Shown here one piece after another: positions 54,983 to 64,000 of a stretch of DNA of 64,000 nucleotides. This DNA comes from Bacteroidia bacterium (GTDB lineage Bacteria; Bacteroidota; Bacteroidia; SXHM01), in the NCBI GenBank assembly GCA_022072225.1, contig JAJVIC010000002.1, positions 469,086 to 533,085 of the forward strand, given 5' to 3'. Numbering within the stretch: position 1 is the stretch's first letter; each line of letters opens with the position of its first letter. The notes below the pieces were generated by a model. The model was given only the letters and a program-made list of their open reading frames with translations. It was not told where the DNA came from and searched no databases. The position numbers and the translations under genes are program-made.

Positions 54983-56710
54983 TCAGGGTTTAGTCTTCGT
55001 TTTAAACTCAGCTTCGGTTATATCCTCATCATTCATAAAATAAAATACACCACCCCAGTTATGCACTACCTTAACATAGGTGGTTTTGTAATTACTTTTA
55101 ATAATGGTAATGGTGGTTGTTTTCTTTTTCCCGTCATCAACCGTTTCTTCAGTTCGTGAGTCGGGTAGGGGAGTATAGTAATCTTCTTTGGTTTTTTTCT
55201 TGGCTTCTACATTTGCGTAGTTCTGTTGGCGTGTTTTTTCTTCTTCCTGAGCTCGCGCTATTGCAGCTTTCTTACGTTCTTCTTCTATAAGTCTTGCGGC
55301 TTCCAATCGCTTTTCTTCAGCTTCTGCTGCTTTAGCAAGAATTTCTTTTTTACGAGCTTCCTGTTCAGCTCTGGCAATTTCAATTTGTTTTAATTCTTCT
55401 GCTTTACGAGCCTCTTCTGCTTTGCGAGCCTCTTCCGCTGCTTTGGCTGCTGCAGCTTTTTTAGCTTCCTGCTCGGCCTGCGCAGCTGCAATACGTTTTG
55501 CTTCTTCTTCAGCTGCTGCTTTGGCTGCTGCTTTGCGAGCTTCTTCCGCAGCCTTTGCTTCCGCAACCTTTTTTGCTTCTTCTTCAGCACGTATTTTTTC
55601 AGCTGCTTTGCGAGCCTCTTCGGCCTTGCGAGCTTCTTCTGCTTTACGGGCTTCTTCTGCTAATCGTACCTGTTCAGCAGCTTTGCGAGCTTCTTCTGCG
55701 ATTCTTGCTTCTTCTGCTATACGTTTTTCCTCAGCAGCCTTTGCTTCTGCCAAAAGTCGTTTTTCTTCGGCAAGTTTTGCCGCTGCAATTTTTCGTTCTT
55801 CTTCAGCTTTTGCCTCAGCTGCTTTACGTGCTTCTTCTGCTGCTTTTGCTTCAGCCATTTTGCGCTCTTCCGCAGCCTTAGCTTCTGCTTGTTTTCGTTT
55901 TTCTTCTTCAGCTTTAGCTTCAGCAAACTTTCGTTTTTCCTCTTCCAGAGCGGCAGCAGCTAAGCGTTTCTTTTCATCTTCTGCAGCTTGTTCAGCAGCT
56001 TTTGCTTCAGCAAATTTGCGTTTTTCTTCTTCCTGTGCGGCAGCAGCTAATCGCTTTGCTTCCTCTTCTGCTGCTTTAGCTGCTGCTTTTAATTCAGCTT
56101 GTTTCTTTGCTTCTTCAGCAGCAGCAGTTGCCTCTGCTGCTTTTTTCGCTTCGGCTTCGGCCTTTTCCTGTGCCGTCTGTTGTGCCTGTGCCTGTGCCAG
56201 AGCAACCTGTTCTTCTTTTGCCTTTTGTTCTATTTGTTTCTCTACTTCTTTTATTTGTGAAAGAATAGATTTAGTATAATCAGTATCGTAACCAAAACCA
56301 TCTAACTCTTCCATGTATCGGTACATGGCAACCGGCTGATTGAAAATTACAATGTTTACTCCGTCATACTGTTTGAAAATTTCTACAAAAAACTCAACAG
56401 GGTCAAAACCTTCATCAATTAGATCCTGCGGAGCACGGGTATCTAAGGCAATTTTTTTAATAATGTAGCCAGGCTTTGAAAAAGTAAGTACATAGTCGGC
56501 ATTAAACTCAAGATCTAATGCAAATTTTGAACCTTTGATAGCTACCGTTTGGACAACTGATCCGTTTTTTGCAACCGAAATAGTAGCACCTTCCGAGTTG
56601 CCGTCATCAATCTTAAACTTTCCCTGTACATCTAAAGTTTGTGCAAACGAAGCCTCATAGAAGATAACTGCAGTTAACAACAAGAGAGTGCGACAAAAAA
56701 TGCTTTTCAA
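54983..56710 (-). CDS. secreted protein: N-terminal beta-sandwich-like domain, about 330-aa E/A/K-rich helical repeat region, C-terminal WGGVFYF module (paralogous architecture to the 22829..25780 protein)
   Basis: 575 aa. Signal peptide. AEEARKAEEARKAEEARKA-type repeats. C-terminus …TYVKVVHNWGGVFYFMNDEDITEAEFKTKTKP. Confidence 0.75.
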   Translation of the reverse strand: MKSIFCRTLLLLTAVIFYEASFAQTLDVQGKFKIDDGNSEGATISVAKNGSVVQTVAIKGSKFALDLEFNADYVLTFSKPGYIIKKIALDTRAPQDLIDEGFDPVEFFVEIFKQYDGVNIVIFNQPVAMYRYMEELDGFGYDTDYTKSILSQIKEVEKQIEQKAKEEQVALAQAQAQQTAQEKAEAEAKKAAEATAAAEEAKKQAELKAAAKAAEEEAKRLAAAAQEEEKRKFAEAKAAEQAAEDEKKRLAAAALEEEKRKFAEAKAEEEKRKQAEAKAAEERKMAEAKAAEEARKAAEAKAEEERKIAAAKLAEEKRLLAEAKAAEEKRIAEEARIAEEARKAAEQVRLAEEARKAEEARKAEEARKAAEKIRAEEEAKKVAEAKAAEEARKAAAKAAAEEEAKRIAAAQAEQEAKKAAAAKAAEEARKAEEARKAEELKQIEIARAEQEARKKEILAKAAEAEEKRLEAARLIEEERKKAAIARAQEEEKTRQQNYANVEAKKKTKEDYYTPLPDSRTEETVDDGKKKTTTITIIKSNYKTTYVKVVHNWGGVFYFMNDEDITEAEFKTKTKP

Positions 56711-56839
56711 TGAATGCTCTTTTTAATTTATTCAGTGCCGAAAATACGTATTGAAACGGATTAGTTCAAAATCAAGCACATAATCTTTTTGCTAATTTAA
56801 AAACTCTTCCTTTACTTTGAATAGCATTTAAGTTCTTCT

Positions 56840-57286
56840 ATGTGCCCGAAAAAGAGTTTTTTATTCTGCATTTTTTTCTTGGTTTCCGCAATTTCGGTTG
56901 CTCAAAACATTAGTATGGAAGAAACATTGGCTTATATCAACGGAAAACTTAGCAGTAAATATGAGATAGATGTTAAACGCGGATTGCTGTTACTTACTTC
57001 TTACAAAGACAATATGAAAATGATGGATGAAACCATCCTCATAACTGATCTTAATCCGGAGGTTGTTTACTCTGAAGAAGAGAAAGCAATTATTATTAAA
57101 TGTAATGAAGGGGATAAATGTGTTGAGCGAAAAGAACATTTAGTTGAAAAAAAGAATTACTTTTCACGGTTGAAAATTGTAACCCCTGAAGATGAAAAAT
57201 CAGTAAAAGGTCTGCAAAAAGCTTTTCTTCATCTGCTCAGGTTGGTACAGGAACCTAAATACAAGAGTACTGAAACATTTGAATAA
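56840..57286 (+). CDS. hypothetical secreted protein
   Basis: 148 aa. Signal peptide. No known family. Confidence 0.5.
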   Translation: MCPKKSFLFCIFFLVSAISVAQNISMEETLAYINGKLSSKYEIDVKRGLLLLTSYKDNMKMMDETILITDLNPEVVYSEEEKAIIIKCNEGDKCVERKEHLVEKKNYFSRLKIVTPEDEKSVKGLQKAFLHLLRLVQEPKYKSTETFE

Positions 57287-57307
57287 TACATCAAAATACA
57301 AGAAATT

Positions 57308-57826
57308 ATGAAACAGTTATTAACCATTTTCGCCATCCTGTTTATAAATCTTTCAACCTCATCCGGACAGGATATTGAAGGCATGTTTAATCAGGGTGAA
57401 CAAAAGAAAATGTCAGGTGATTTTCACACGGCTATTGGTTTTTACACTAAAGTGTTAAACAGTCAACCCGATCATCTGAATGCATTGTTGCAACGGGCAT
57501 TTTGCCACAGTGCCGAGAAAAATTATCAAGGCGCTGTTGATGATTATACTAAAGTAATTGCTGCGCACCCGACACATATTTGGGCCTATATAAGCCGCGG
57601 AAGCGCATACAATAAACTTAAGAAATTTGACCTTGCATTGATTGATTTCGATAAAGCTCTTTCCTTAAATCCCGGCAATACAGAAGCAGGCGAGGCGCTT
57701 AATAACAGAGGTTGGGCAAAAGATGGTTTAAACGACCATGATGGCGCCTGCAAAGACTGGAACGAATCAAAAAAGAAAGGCAACGAAGAAGCTAAAATCA
57801 TACTTAAAAACACGCACTGCAAATAA
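57308..57826 (+). CDS. tetratricopeptide repeat (TPR) protein, secreted/lipoprotein
   Basis: 172 aa. Signal peptide. Three or four TPR units (…AIGFYTKVLNSQPDHLNALLQRAFCH…). Confidence 0.7.
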   Translation: MKQLLTIFAILFINLSTSSGQDIEGMFNQGEQKKMSGDFHTAIGFYTKVLNSQPDHLNALLQRAFCHSAEKNYQGAVDDYTKVIAAHPTHIWAYISRGSAYNKLKKFDLALIDFDKALSLNPGNTEAGEALNNRGWAKDGLNDHDGACKDWNESKKKGNEEAKIILKNTHCK

Positions 57827-57877
57827 TGGAACGATGTTTGCCTGCATTAAAACAAATAATCTAACATTTTATAAATC

Positions 57878-58276
57878 ATGAAAAAAATACGTTTACTCAG
57901 CCTTCTTATTCCATTTGCATTTGCATTTGCTCCATCAAAAACCGAAACCGAATTTCAGGATATGGAATGGAACGATTGTCTTACAAAGTATGCCTCTGCC
58001 TGGGGCGAAGACTGCCTTAAGTGCCAGTTTAAGAAAGATACCTACAAAGTGAAACTGAAAAATACCTGCACCGATGCGTTGGATGTGGTAGTTTGTGTAC
58101 AGGAAGAAGACAAGACCTGGAAGTACTTTGCCTTTAATGGTGTTACACCCCGCGACTCAGTGATTGGCTACGCCTGCAAAGGAACCGGTAAATATCTTAA
58201 ATTTGTAAGAAAAGCCGGCAACAAAGAAATTATTTTACCAACTGCTGACCAGGTAAACGCACAGTATAAAGATTAA
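57878..58276 (+). CDS. hypothetical Cys-rich secreted protein
   Basis: 132 aa. Signal peptide. 7 Cys in CxxC-like spacing. Confidence 0.5.
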   Translation: MKKIRLLSLLIPFAFAFAPSKTETEFQDMEWNDCLTKYASAWGEDCLKCQFKKDTYKVKLKNTCTDALDVVVCVQEEDKTWKYFAFNGVTPRDSVIGYACKGTGKYLKFVRKAGNKEIILPTADQVNAQYKD

Positions 58277-58307
58277 AGTTTATTATAAACTTGTTCTTCA
58301 ATAAGAA

Positions 58308-58335
58308 GCCCTGCAAAAGATGCAGGGCTTTTTTA
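58308..58335 (+). terminator. rho-independent terminator
   Basis: GCCCTGCA-aaaga-TGCAGGGC hairpin followed by a T6 tract. Confidence 0.65.
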
Positions 58336-58456
58336 ATGAATAGGCTTGTTATTAATTGTCTAGTAATCAGTTGTTTAAAATTTTAACATTTTTGTAAAGA
58401 GTATCTGTTTAACTCTATACATTTGTCACCGATTTTTAAACCCAATAAACAAAAAA

Positions 58457-58720
58457 ATGAAAAAATTAGTTTACATTCCTGCTGTATTAGCATTCGCAGT
58501 ATTTGCTGCATGCGGACCATCTGCTGCTGAAAAAGAAGCAAAACGTATTGCTGACTCAACAAAAGTTGCAGATTCATTAGCTGCAATTCAAGCTGCTGAG
58601 GCTGCAAAAGCACAAGCTGCTGCTGATTCAATCGCTGCTGCTGAAGCTGCTGCAAAAGCACAAGCTGCTGCTGATTCAATTGCTGCTGCTGAAGCTGCAA
58701 AACCAGCAAAGAAAAAATAA
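58457..58720 (+). CDS. small Ala-rich repeat lipoprotein
   Basis: 87 aa. Lipobox FAAC. AQAAADSIAAAEAA repeats. Followed by its own terminator. The antisense ORF 58383..58724 is a Q/L-rich artefact. Confidence 0.55.
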   Translation: MKKLVYIPAVLAFAVFAACGPSAAEKEAKRIADSTKVADSLAAIQAAEAAKAQAAADSIAAAEAAAKAQAAADSIAAAEAAKPAKKK

Positions 58721-58741
58721 TCACTTAAATGTGTTTATTTG

Positions 58742-58774
58742 AAAGGGAACCCTACAAGGTTCCCTTTCTTTTTT
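58742..58774. terminator. rho-independent (probably bidirectional) terminator
   Basis: AAGGGAACC-ctacaa-GGTTCCCTT hairpin followed by a T-tract. Abuts the stop of the convergent 58773..60746 gene. Confidence 0.65.
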
Positions 58775-60746
58775 ACCTTACCACTGTGTTGTGACTGCCG
58801 TCATAACCAAACATGTTCCATCCGCTGAATTTAGTATCTCCTGTATTGATGGAAACTGTTTTTCCGCCTTCTGTTCCGGAATAAATCCAGCCATTATGAA
58901 TGGTAGCAGGGGTTTCTAATTGACTGTTGGTTTCCCATGCATTCAGTTGCTTGCCGCTTGTTGGTTCAAAGGATAGAACTTTTCCTGACAATGTGGATAC
59001 AACAATTTTTCCTCCGGCAACAACAGGCATGGTAGCTGCAGGTTTTTCATCTGCTTTTTTTTCGTTTTGAATTGCAAAAGACCAGACAATTGAACCATCA
59101 TCAGGATTAGAGCAAATGATTCTATTGCCCATTACATTGTAGTTTTTACCTTTATAGTGCAGCATTCTGGTTCCGCAAAAATTCATTTGTTCGTTGGCCG
59201 ACAGTTTGTAAAGATCGTCAACAATCAGAGGGGAACTGAGTGAGCTGATTTTTTTTACAGATTTTAATCCGTTGGTTGAATAAACTGTTACAGTTTCATT
59301 TCCAGCATCTTTTACACTTACAAAAACTTTGTCGTTTATAATAGTGGGTGGCGACATGGCTGCATCGTTTACAGTGCCCAGCATAGTGCCGTTGTTTTTA
59401 TCAAACTCGTACAGTGACCCCGAAAGACAGGTAAGATACACATTGTTGTCTTCAACAACTGGCGAAGAAAGCACTTCTGAATCCAACCAGTTTTGCCATA
59501 GTATTTTCCCGCTTCTTAAATCAAAGCAGGCAATAACGTTTTTAAGTTGTTTAACATCGCCTTTGCCGGTTCGCGAAAGTCTGTAAACACCTGCGCCAAG
59601 CTCGTTGGGGTAAACAGCATATACTTTTCCGTTTGAAATAGCAGGCATGGAATACAAATCAGGTCCCAGCCATTTGCTCCACAACATTTTTCCGGTGTAG
59701 GCTTCCAGCGCATACAGCGTGCACGATTGTGTGTTAATCAGCAGCACACTGTCTTCTACTACAGCGCTTGAAGGACCGCTTTCGGCAAACTCACTGCCCC
59801 AGTTGTATTTTCCGGTGGCTTCATCAAAACTAAAGAAGTTGCGGGAGTAATAACCGCCATGCGTTAGCAGCATGCCATCATAAGCAGCAGGAGTAGGCGT
59901 AGGCGAATCCATTCCGTAATTGATGTTAAAGCCCTGTGCTGTTTTTTCAATAGTTCCCTCAAAGTTTATCGGGTTTACTTTGGTGCTCATAAACTCCGTA
60001 ATAAAACCATTTTTATCACGCTTGGCAGTTTGATAAAACTCTTCAATCTTTTGCGAACCCATATAACCGTATTCAATCTCAATGGTCCGGTATCCTTCCT
60101 TTTGCACAAGATCAAGCAAATCAACATCGCGTTCGTATTTAAAGCTAAGCAGGTATTTATTGCCTTTTGGAATGAGCAGGGTAACATTACCCTTATCATC
60201 CGAAACACCGTGATAGACTTTGCTGCCATCTTTTTCATTGATAAATACCGGCTCGTTTGCCAGCGGATTTTTATCCAGATCCATAATCTGCATTTTTATT
60301 AAAACCCTTGAATTGCTGGGTTCTGCTTCAGCACCTAATTGTTGGGTAATGGTATCGCCATTAACTGTTTCATTCAGTGGGGTAGTTGGGGTATAAATAA
60401 ACTTTTTAGTCATACCCAGATTGGGCTTATTGGGAATACTAATCTGACGGTAGTTTTGCTCTGTATCTACATTTATTTCGTAGTCGTTGTTGATAAGCAC
60501 CAGAAAACGGGCTTCACCGGTGATGTCGGTTTTTGAACTGTACAGTTTGTTCGTTTTACGGCACAGCATACTTACCGCAAGATTATTTACCGGCCGTTCA
60601 TTTTTATCCGAAACCACCACTTTTATCAATGCCTCGGTAGCAGTTGGTGTTTGACTGCGCGAAAGGTTTTGAGCAATGTTTTCAGGGTTTTGTGCTGCTG
60701 CCTTTATGCAGAATAGCAGGAGCAGCGGAAGAAGGATGCGGTTCAT
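58773..60746 (-). CDS. PQQ-like beta-propeller repeat protein (BamB-like fold) with N-terminal beta-sandwich domains
   Basis: 657 aa. Signal peptide. Repeated GK(I/M)LW…V(Y/L)…DG.L.A.D PQQ-type blades. Confidence 0.8.
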   Translation of the reverse strand: MNRILLPLLLLFCIKAAAQNPENIAQNLSRSQTPTATEALIKVVVSDKNERPVNNLAVSMLCRKTNKLYSSKTDITGEARFLVLINNDYEINVDTEQNYRQISIPNKPNLGMTKKFIYTPTTPLNETVNGDTITQQLGAEAEPSNSRVLIKMQIMDLDKNPLANEPVFINEKDGSKVYHGVSDDKGNVTLLIPKGNKYLLSFKYERDVDLLDLVQKEGYRTIEIEYGYMGSQKIEEFYQTAKRDKNGFITEFMSTKVNPINFEGTIEKTAQGFNINYGMDSPTPTPAAYDGMLLTHGGYYSRNFFSFDEATGKYNWGSEFAESGPSSAVVEDSVLLINTQSCTLYALEAYTGKMLWSKWLGPDLYSMPAISNGKVYAVYPNELGAGVYRLSRTGKGDVKQLKNVIACFDLRSGKILWQNWLDSEVLSSPVVEDNNVYLTCLSGSLYEFDKNNGTMLGTVNDAAMSPPTIINDKVFVSVKDAGNETVTVYSTNGLKSVKKISSLSSPLIVDDLYKLSANEQMNFCGTRMLHYKGKNYNVMGNRIICSNPDDGSIVWSFAIQNEKKADEKPAATMPVVAGGKIVVSTLSGKVLSFEPTSGKQLNAWETNSQLETPATIHNGWIYSGTEGGKTVSINTGDTKFSGWNMFGYDGSHNTVVR

Positions 60747-60833
60747 GGGTTCAAAAATTAAAGGTTAATAATTGAAGTGTTTATACTTCAATAACGCGGC
60801 AATTTCAAATTTATTACAAATTACCGGAAAAAT

Positions 60834-63140
60834 TTATTTCAGCAATTCCTGTAGCTTTTTAATTGCCTGCTGATTTTCGGGTAGTTTAACCGATTCGCGG
60901 ATGCGGATTTTTTCTTTGGAAGTAAGGTGCCAGCTCATGGAGATATTGCTCACATCATGGCTTTTCAGTTGCAGGTCAATCACGTCAATAGGGGCATCAA
61001 ACCAGGAGCCTGCATATTGTATCAGTTGGTCGTGATTAAAGTCCTGCATATTAAACATGTTGGAATAAATGTTGCCAACGGGATTGGAAATAATATTCAT
61101 CAACGAGTTGTTGGATTTATTTTCCATCGTCATTTTTTTGTAGGTATCGCGGGTTTGAATAATGATAACACCGCTGGTGTTGGTGCTAATCCAGTTGCGG
61201 AAGGTGTACATGTATTTGATGGCAATGCTCATTCCGTAGTTGTCGCGGAAGCCGGCATCCATGATTTCAATAGCAGGTTGGCTGGGAAGGGTAACAACAG
61301 GAGCAATGTAAGGGAAGGTGCAGTTCATGCGCAGGGCGCTGCTGAACCACAGGCTGTCGGAACCCTGCTGTTCAAAAAAGCGTCTGAATTCGATGCCGTC
61401 AGGCAGTGAAGGATTTGAAACGGAATTTACCGTTTCTTTTGAACACATGTAAGAAGCCGGTTGCGATGAAATATAAAGCAAACGCCCGTCATTAATAATA
61501 GTAGGAGTGAGGAACATCATCGGGATAATTGCATCTTTTTCATAAGGTGCATAATCCCTGATTCGTTTGTTCATAAGGTTGCCGGTGTTTTCGTGCAGTT
61601 GTTTTTCAAAAGCATAGCCACGGTCTTTGGTGTAAATCTTTTTACCGTCATTAAAGGTCTGAAAGCGGATAAACATATCATTCACCATATAGCTGAAGGC
61701 AATCGGGTTCAGTATATCACGGCAAATGTTTTCGTAGTACTCGCGGCTATAAATATTAATAGCACTGTCGGTTTGCTGGTGCAGCATCAGTTCGCGCAGG
61801 TAAGCAGAACCCAGCATTCCGCCTGACGAACCTACAATCAGTTGTGTGTGTTTCAGCAGCTCGCCCTGCATCAGGCTATCTATATGCTGCATGGAATAAA
61901 AGGTCCATGCAGATGCACGTTGTCCCCCACCGCTGCAACTGAGTATAATCAGCTTCGGCTTTTTGATGGTGTTCTTATCTTTTGAAACAACAGTGTTTTT
62001 CTTACGCCATTTATCAAGTATGGAAACAGTATGTGCAAAATCGCTTTCAAAGTTTTCTTTGTTGTTGTTGAATTCCTCCAGGCGCTGGTAAGAAAAAGCT
62101 GCTTTCCCACTTTTGTAATTAAGTCCGTAGGCTTTATTCTCATGGTTAAAAAAATCATTGCCCGATAAGAAGTTAATGAGCAGCACCAATGCAATAAAAA
62201 AGGTAACCGACCATTTGCGCAGCCAGGCCTGTATAGCGCTGGCAACCATCAGCAGCATGGTAAGAATAAGAAAAATGCTTGCCCCGGCAGGAACCTGAAA
62301 AACAGGATATTCTCTGAATGCGCCAATAATGAAAAATGATACCAGCGCAATAACCACAAACAAAATTCCGGTAAGGTGATTTTGCCTGAAAACATCGCGC
62401 AGCATAGCGCGGTCGTAGTGATCCGTTTCTCTGGCAAGAGCCAGTTTAAAAGGGTTAACCAGATAAGTCTCCACCTCCCATTCATCGGGTTCAATTTTTT
62501 TATTCTTCGGGTTGCGCCAGGCCATGTTTTTTTTCAGCATGATGCGTATAGGCTTGGCTATTTTTGTTTTTGCTTTTAGTTCGCCTTTGTCGTCAACCGA
62601 AATACCGAAAAGATGCGAGATGTCTTTGTTTGCAGTAAAGAAATAGCTGAGTGAGGTAAGAATGAAAAGTGTAACGCCCACCACAAAGCCCAGTGAGTTC
62701 ATGAAAATTTCTTTACCGCTCAGCATTTCATTCTCATATTCAAAAGCAATAATCTGCCAGAGGTAAATGATGATAAATACCAGGGGAACAAAAGAATTAT
62801 TCACGCAATACTTATAGAAGGGGCGCGAGAGCGTAGCCAAAAAGTGGAAGCGGTATGAATTGGCAATATAGCTGGCCAAATGAAAAGCCATAATAAAACC
62901 ACCACACGAAAATCCCAGAATAAAATACGACCAGTAATTTACCTTGCCAAGGTACTCAGGGTCGAGCAGCAGATAAGGAACGCCATACTTAACGCCAATC
63001 CAGCGGCATACAAAGCCAATCAGTAAAACCCAGAACAGCAGCAGCAGCTGATTGTTGCGCAAATGCAGCAGCAAAAGCTGAAGTGGAAAGAAATAGTAAA
63101 CCCGCCTGAACGTTTGATTTTTGGTAAATGGGAGGGTCAT
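60834..63140 (-). CDS. patatin-like phospholipase with large N-terminal polytopic membrane domain
   Basis: 768 aa. Oxyanion-hole SCSGGGQRASAW and nucleophile GSSGG (GxSxG) motifs. About 8 N-terminal TM helices. Confidence 0.8.
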   Translation of the reverse strand: MTLPFTKNQTFRRVYYFFPLQLLLLHLRNNQLLLLFWVLLIGFVCRWIGVKYGVPYLLLDPEYLGKVNYWSYFILGFSCGGFIMAFHLASYIANSYRFHFLATLSRPFYKYCVNNSFVPLVFIIIYLWQIIAFEYENEMLSGKEIFMNSLGFVVGVTLFILTSLSYFFTANKDISHLFGISVDDKGELKAKTKIAKPIRIMLKKNMAWRNPKNKKIEPDEWEVETYLVNPFKLALARETDHYDRAMLRDVFRQNHLTGILFVVIALVSFFIIGAFREYPVFQVPAGASIFLILTMLLMVASAIQAWLRKWSVTFFIALVLLINFLSGNDFFNHENKAYGLNYKSGKAAFSYQRLEEFNNNKENFESDFAHTVSILDKWRKKNTVVSKDKNTIKKPKLIILSCSGGGQRASAWTFYSMQHIDSLMQGELLKHTQLIVGSSGGMLGSAYLRELMLHQQTDSAINIYSREYYENICRDILNPIAFSYMVNDMFIRFQTFNDGKKIYTKDRGYAFEKQLHENTGNLMNKRIRDYAPYEKDAIIPMMFLTPTIINDGRLLYISSQPASYMCSKETVNSVSNPSLPDGIEFRRFFEQQGSDSLWFSSALRMNCTFPYIAPVVTLPSQPAIEIMDAGFRDNYGMSIAIKYMYTFRNWISTNTSGVIIIQTRDTYKKMTMENKSNNSLMNIISNPVGNIYSNMFNMQDFNHDQLIQYAGSWFDAPIDVIDLQLKSHDVSNISMSWHLTSKEKIRIRESVKLPENQQAIKKLQELLK

Positions 63141-63415
63141 TGGCTTTTTGTAATGCGCGTATTATACTGTAGGGCAATAATTTTTGTTTGCTTTTTAGGT
63201 ATAAAGTTTTGCATTAATAAATAATTTGTATCATTGCAGCGCAATACTCATTCTTCTTATTGCGTTTCCGGTTCAACCTTTTCTTCTTGAAATTTTTATC
63301 ATAAAACTATTGAACGCATACTGGTGCAGCTGCTACAGCAGCCATTAACCATTCTCTCTGAAAAACAGAACTTATTTCTTAAACTAAAAACTAATACAAC
63401 CAATTTTATTTTTAC

Positions 63416-64000
63416 ATGAGCAGTCAAACTGAACTGAGCAATATGCTCGTATCTGAGCTTAAAACCCTTGCAAAAAGCCTTGGTATTCCTGATTACGATG
63501 CCTTGCGCAAACAAGACCTTATTGCCAAAATACGCGAAGCACAGGGCGAAGCGCCCGCTCCTGCCAAAGAAAAACCGGCAAAGCCCGCTTTTGAAGAATT
63601 AGTTACCGATGACTATGTAGAACCGGTTATTGATGAGCCTGTTGCTCCCGTTGCCGAAGAAACAACAGCGGCAGACGATGACGATGCGGATGATGAAGGT
63701 GAGGATGATGCAGAAGATGCAGAAGCAGTAGCTGAAGCTGCACCCGCAGAAGTTGCACCGGTTATTGCCGCAGAACCCAAACAGGAAGTTGCTCAGCAAA
63801 GACAACCGCAGCATCAGCATCAACAGCACAGACAAAATAACCCTAATCAGCAGCAGGGCAACGGTAATCAGCCCGGTAACGGTAACGGTAACGGAAATCC
63901 CAATCAGGAGCGCAAGGAAAATTACTACAATTTTGACGGACTGATTAACACCGAAGGCGTTCTGGAAACCATGCAGGACGGCTATGGCTTTCTGCGCTCA
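63416..64000 (+). CDS. rho: transcription termination factor Rho, 5' fragment with Q/N/G-rich insertion
   Basis: ATG at 63416. MSSQTELSNMLVSELKTLAKSLGIPDYDALRKQDLIAKIREAQ (Rho_N) … acidic then QQRQPQHQHQQHRQNNPNQQQGNGNQPGNGNGNGNPNQ … GVLETMQDGYGFLRS (start of the RNA-binding domain). Runs off the window end. Confidence 0.85.
   Translation, partial: MSSQTELSNMLVSELKTLAKSLGIPDYDALRKQDLIAKIREAQGEAPAPAKEKPAKPAFEELVTDDYVEPVIDEPVAPVAEETTAADDDDADDEGEDDAEDAEAVAEAAPAEVAPVIAAEPKQEVAQQRQPQHQHQQHRQNNPNQQQGNGNQPGNGNGNGNPNQERKENYYNFDGLINTEGVLETMQDGYGFLRS

Noticed and set aside
55422-56279. Plus-strand ORFs 55422..56279, 55498..55881 and minus-strand 55390..55590 and 55717..55926, inside the 54983..56710 gene
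   Set aside because: Same artefact: alternative frames of the E/A/K repeat DNA giving poly-A/S/L/Q peptides.
58383-58724. 113-aa Q/L-rich minus-strand ORF
   Set aside because: Antisense of the Ala-rich lipoprotein gene (gct/gca repeats read as cag/ctg). The + strand gene has a signal peptide, lipobox and terminator.

Overview
Chromosomal window from a Bacteroidota genome (about 40% GC; two T9SS C-terminal sorting-domain cargo proteins, DUF1573/DUF1599/MORN families, Bacteroidetes-type -7 TAnnTTTG promoter boxes). It is densely packed with about 62 genes, mostly housekeeping. Recognised genes include truA, folP, tpiA, prmA, tRNA-Arg(ACG), thyA, lgt, mnmE, fabD, folE, queD, a MacAB-like efflux operon, mnmD/mnmA and a 5' fragment of rho, plus many secreted or outer-membrane proteins. 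No CRISPR array, integrase, transposase or phage genes were seen. The most unusual material is non-coding or repeat-based. (1) A family of roughly 26-bp REP-like intergenic repeats, single or as palindromic pairs, flanks thyA and an SDR gene, with a related unit between the MORN gene and mnmE. (2) A RelE/ParE-type toxin-antitoxin cassette is bracketed by imperfect direct repeats that duplicate the 3' end of the neighbouring endonuclease gene, which suggests an inserted module. (3) There is an AT-rich 40-bp tandem repeat array and a CATAG-based compound palindrome in promoter regions. (4) Two unlinked secreted proteins share an unusual architecture: a globular N-terminus, a roughly 330-aa E/A/K-rich helical tandem-repeat spacer, and a conserved C-terminal WGGVFYF module. 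Their DNA repeats are near-identical and probably length-variable. Several genes appear to use TTG starts. No operon that obviously looks like a defence system was found. All calls are by eye from motifs in the translations; nothing was searched against a database.
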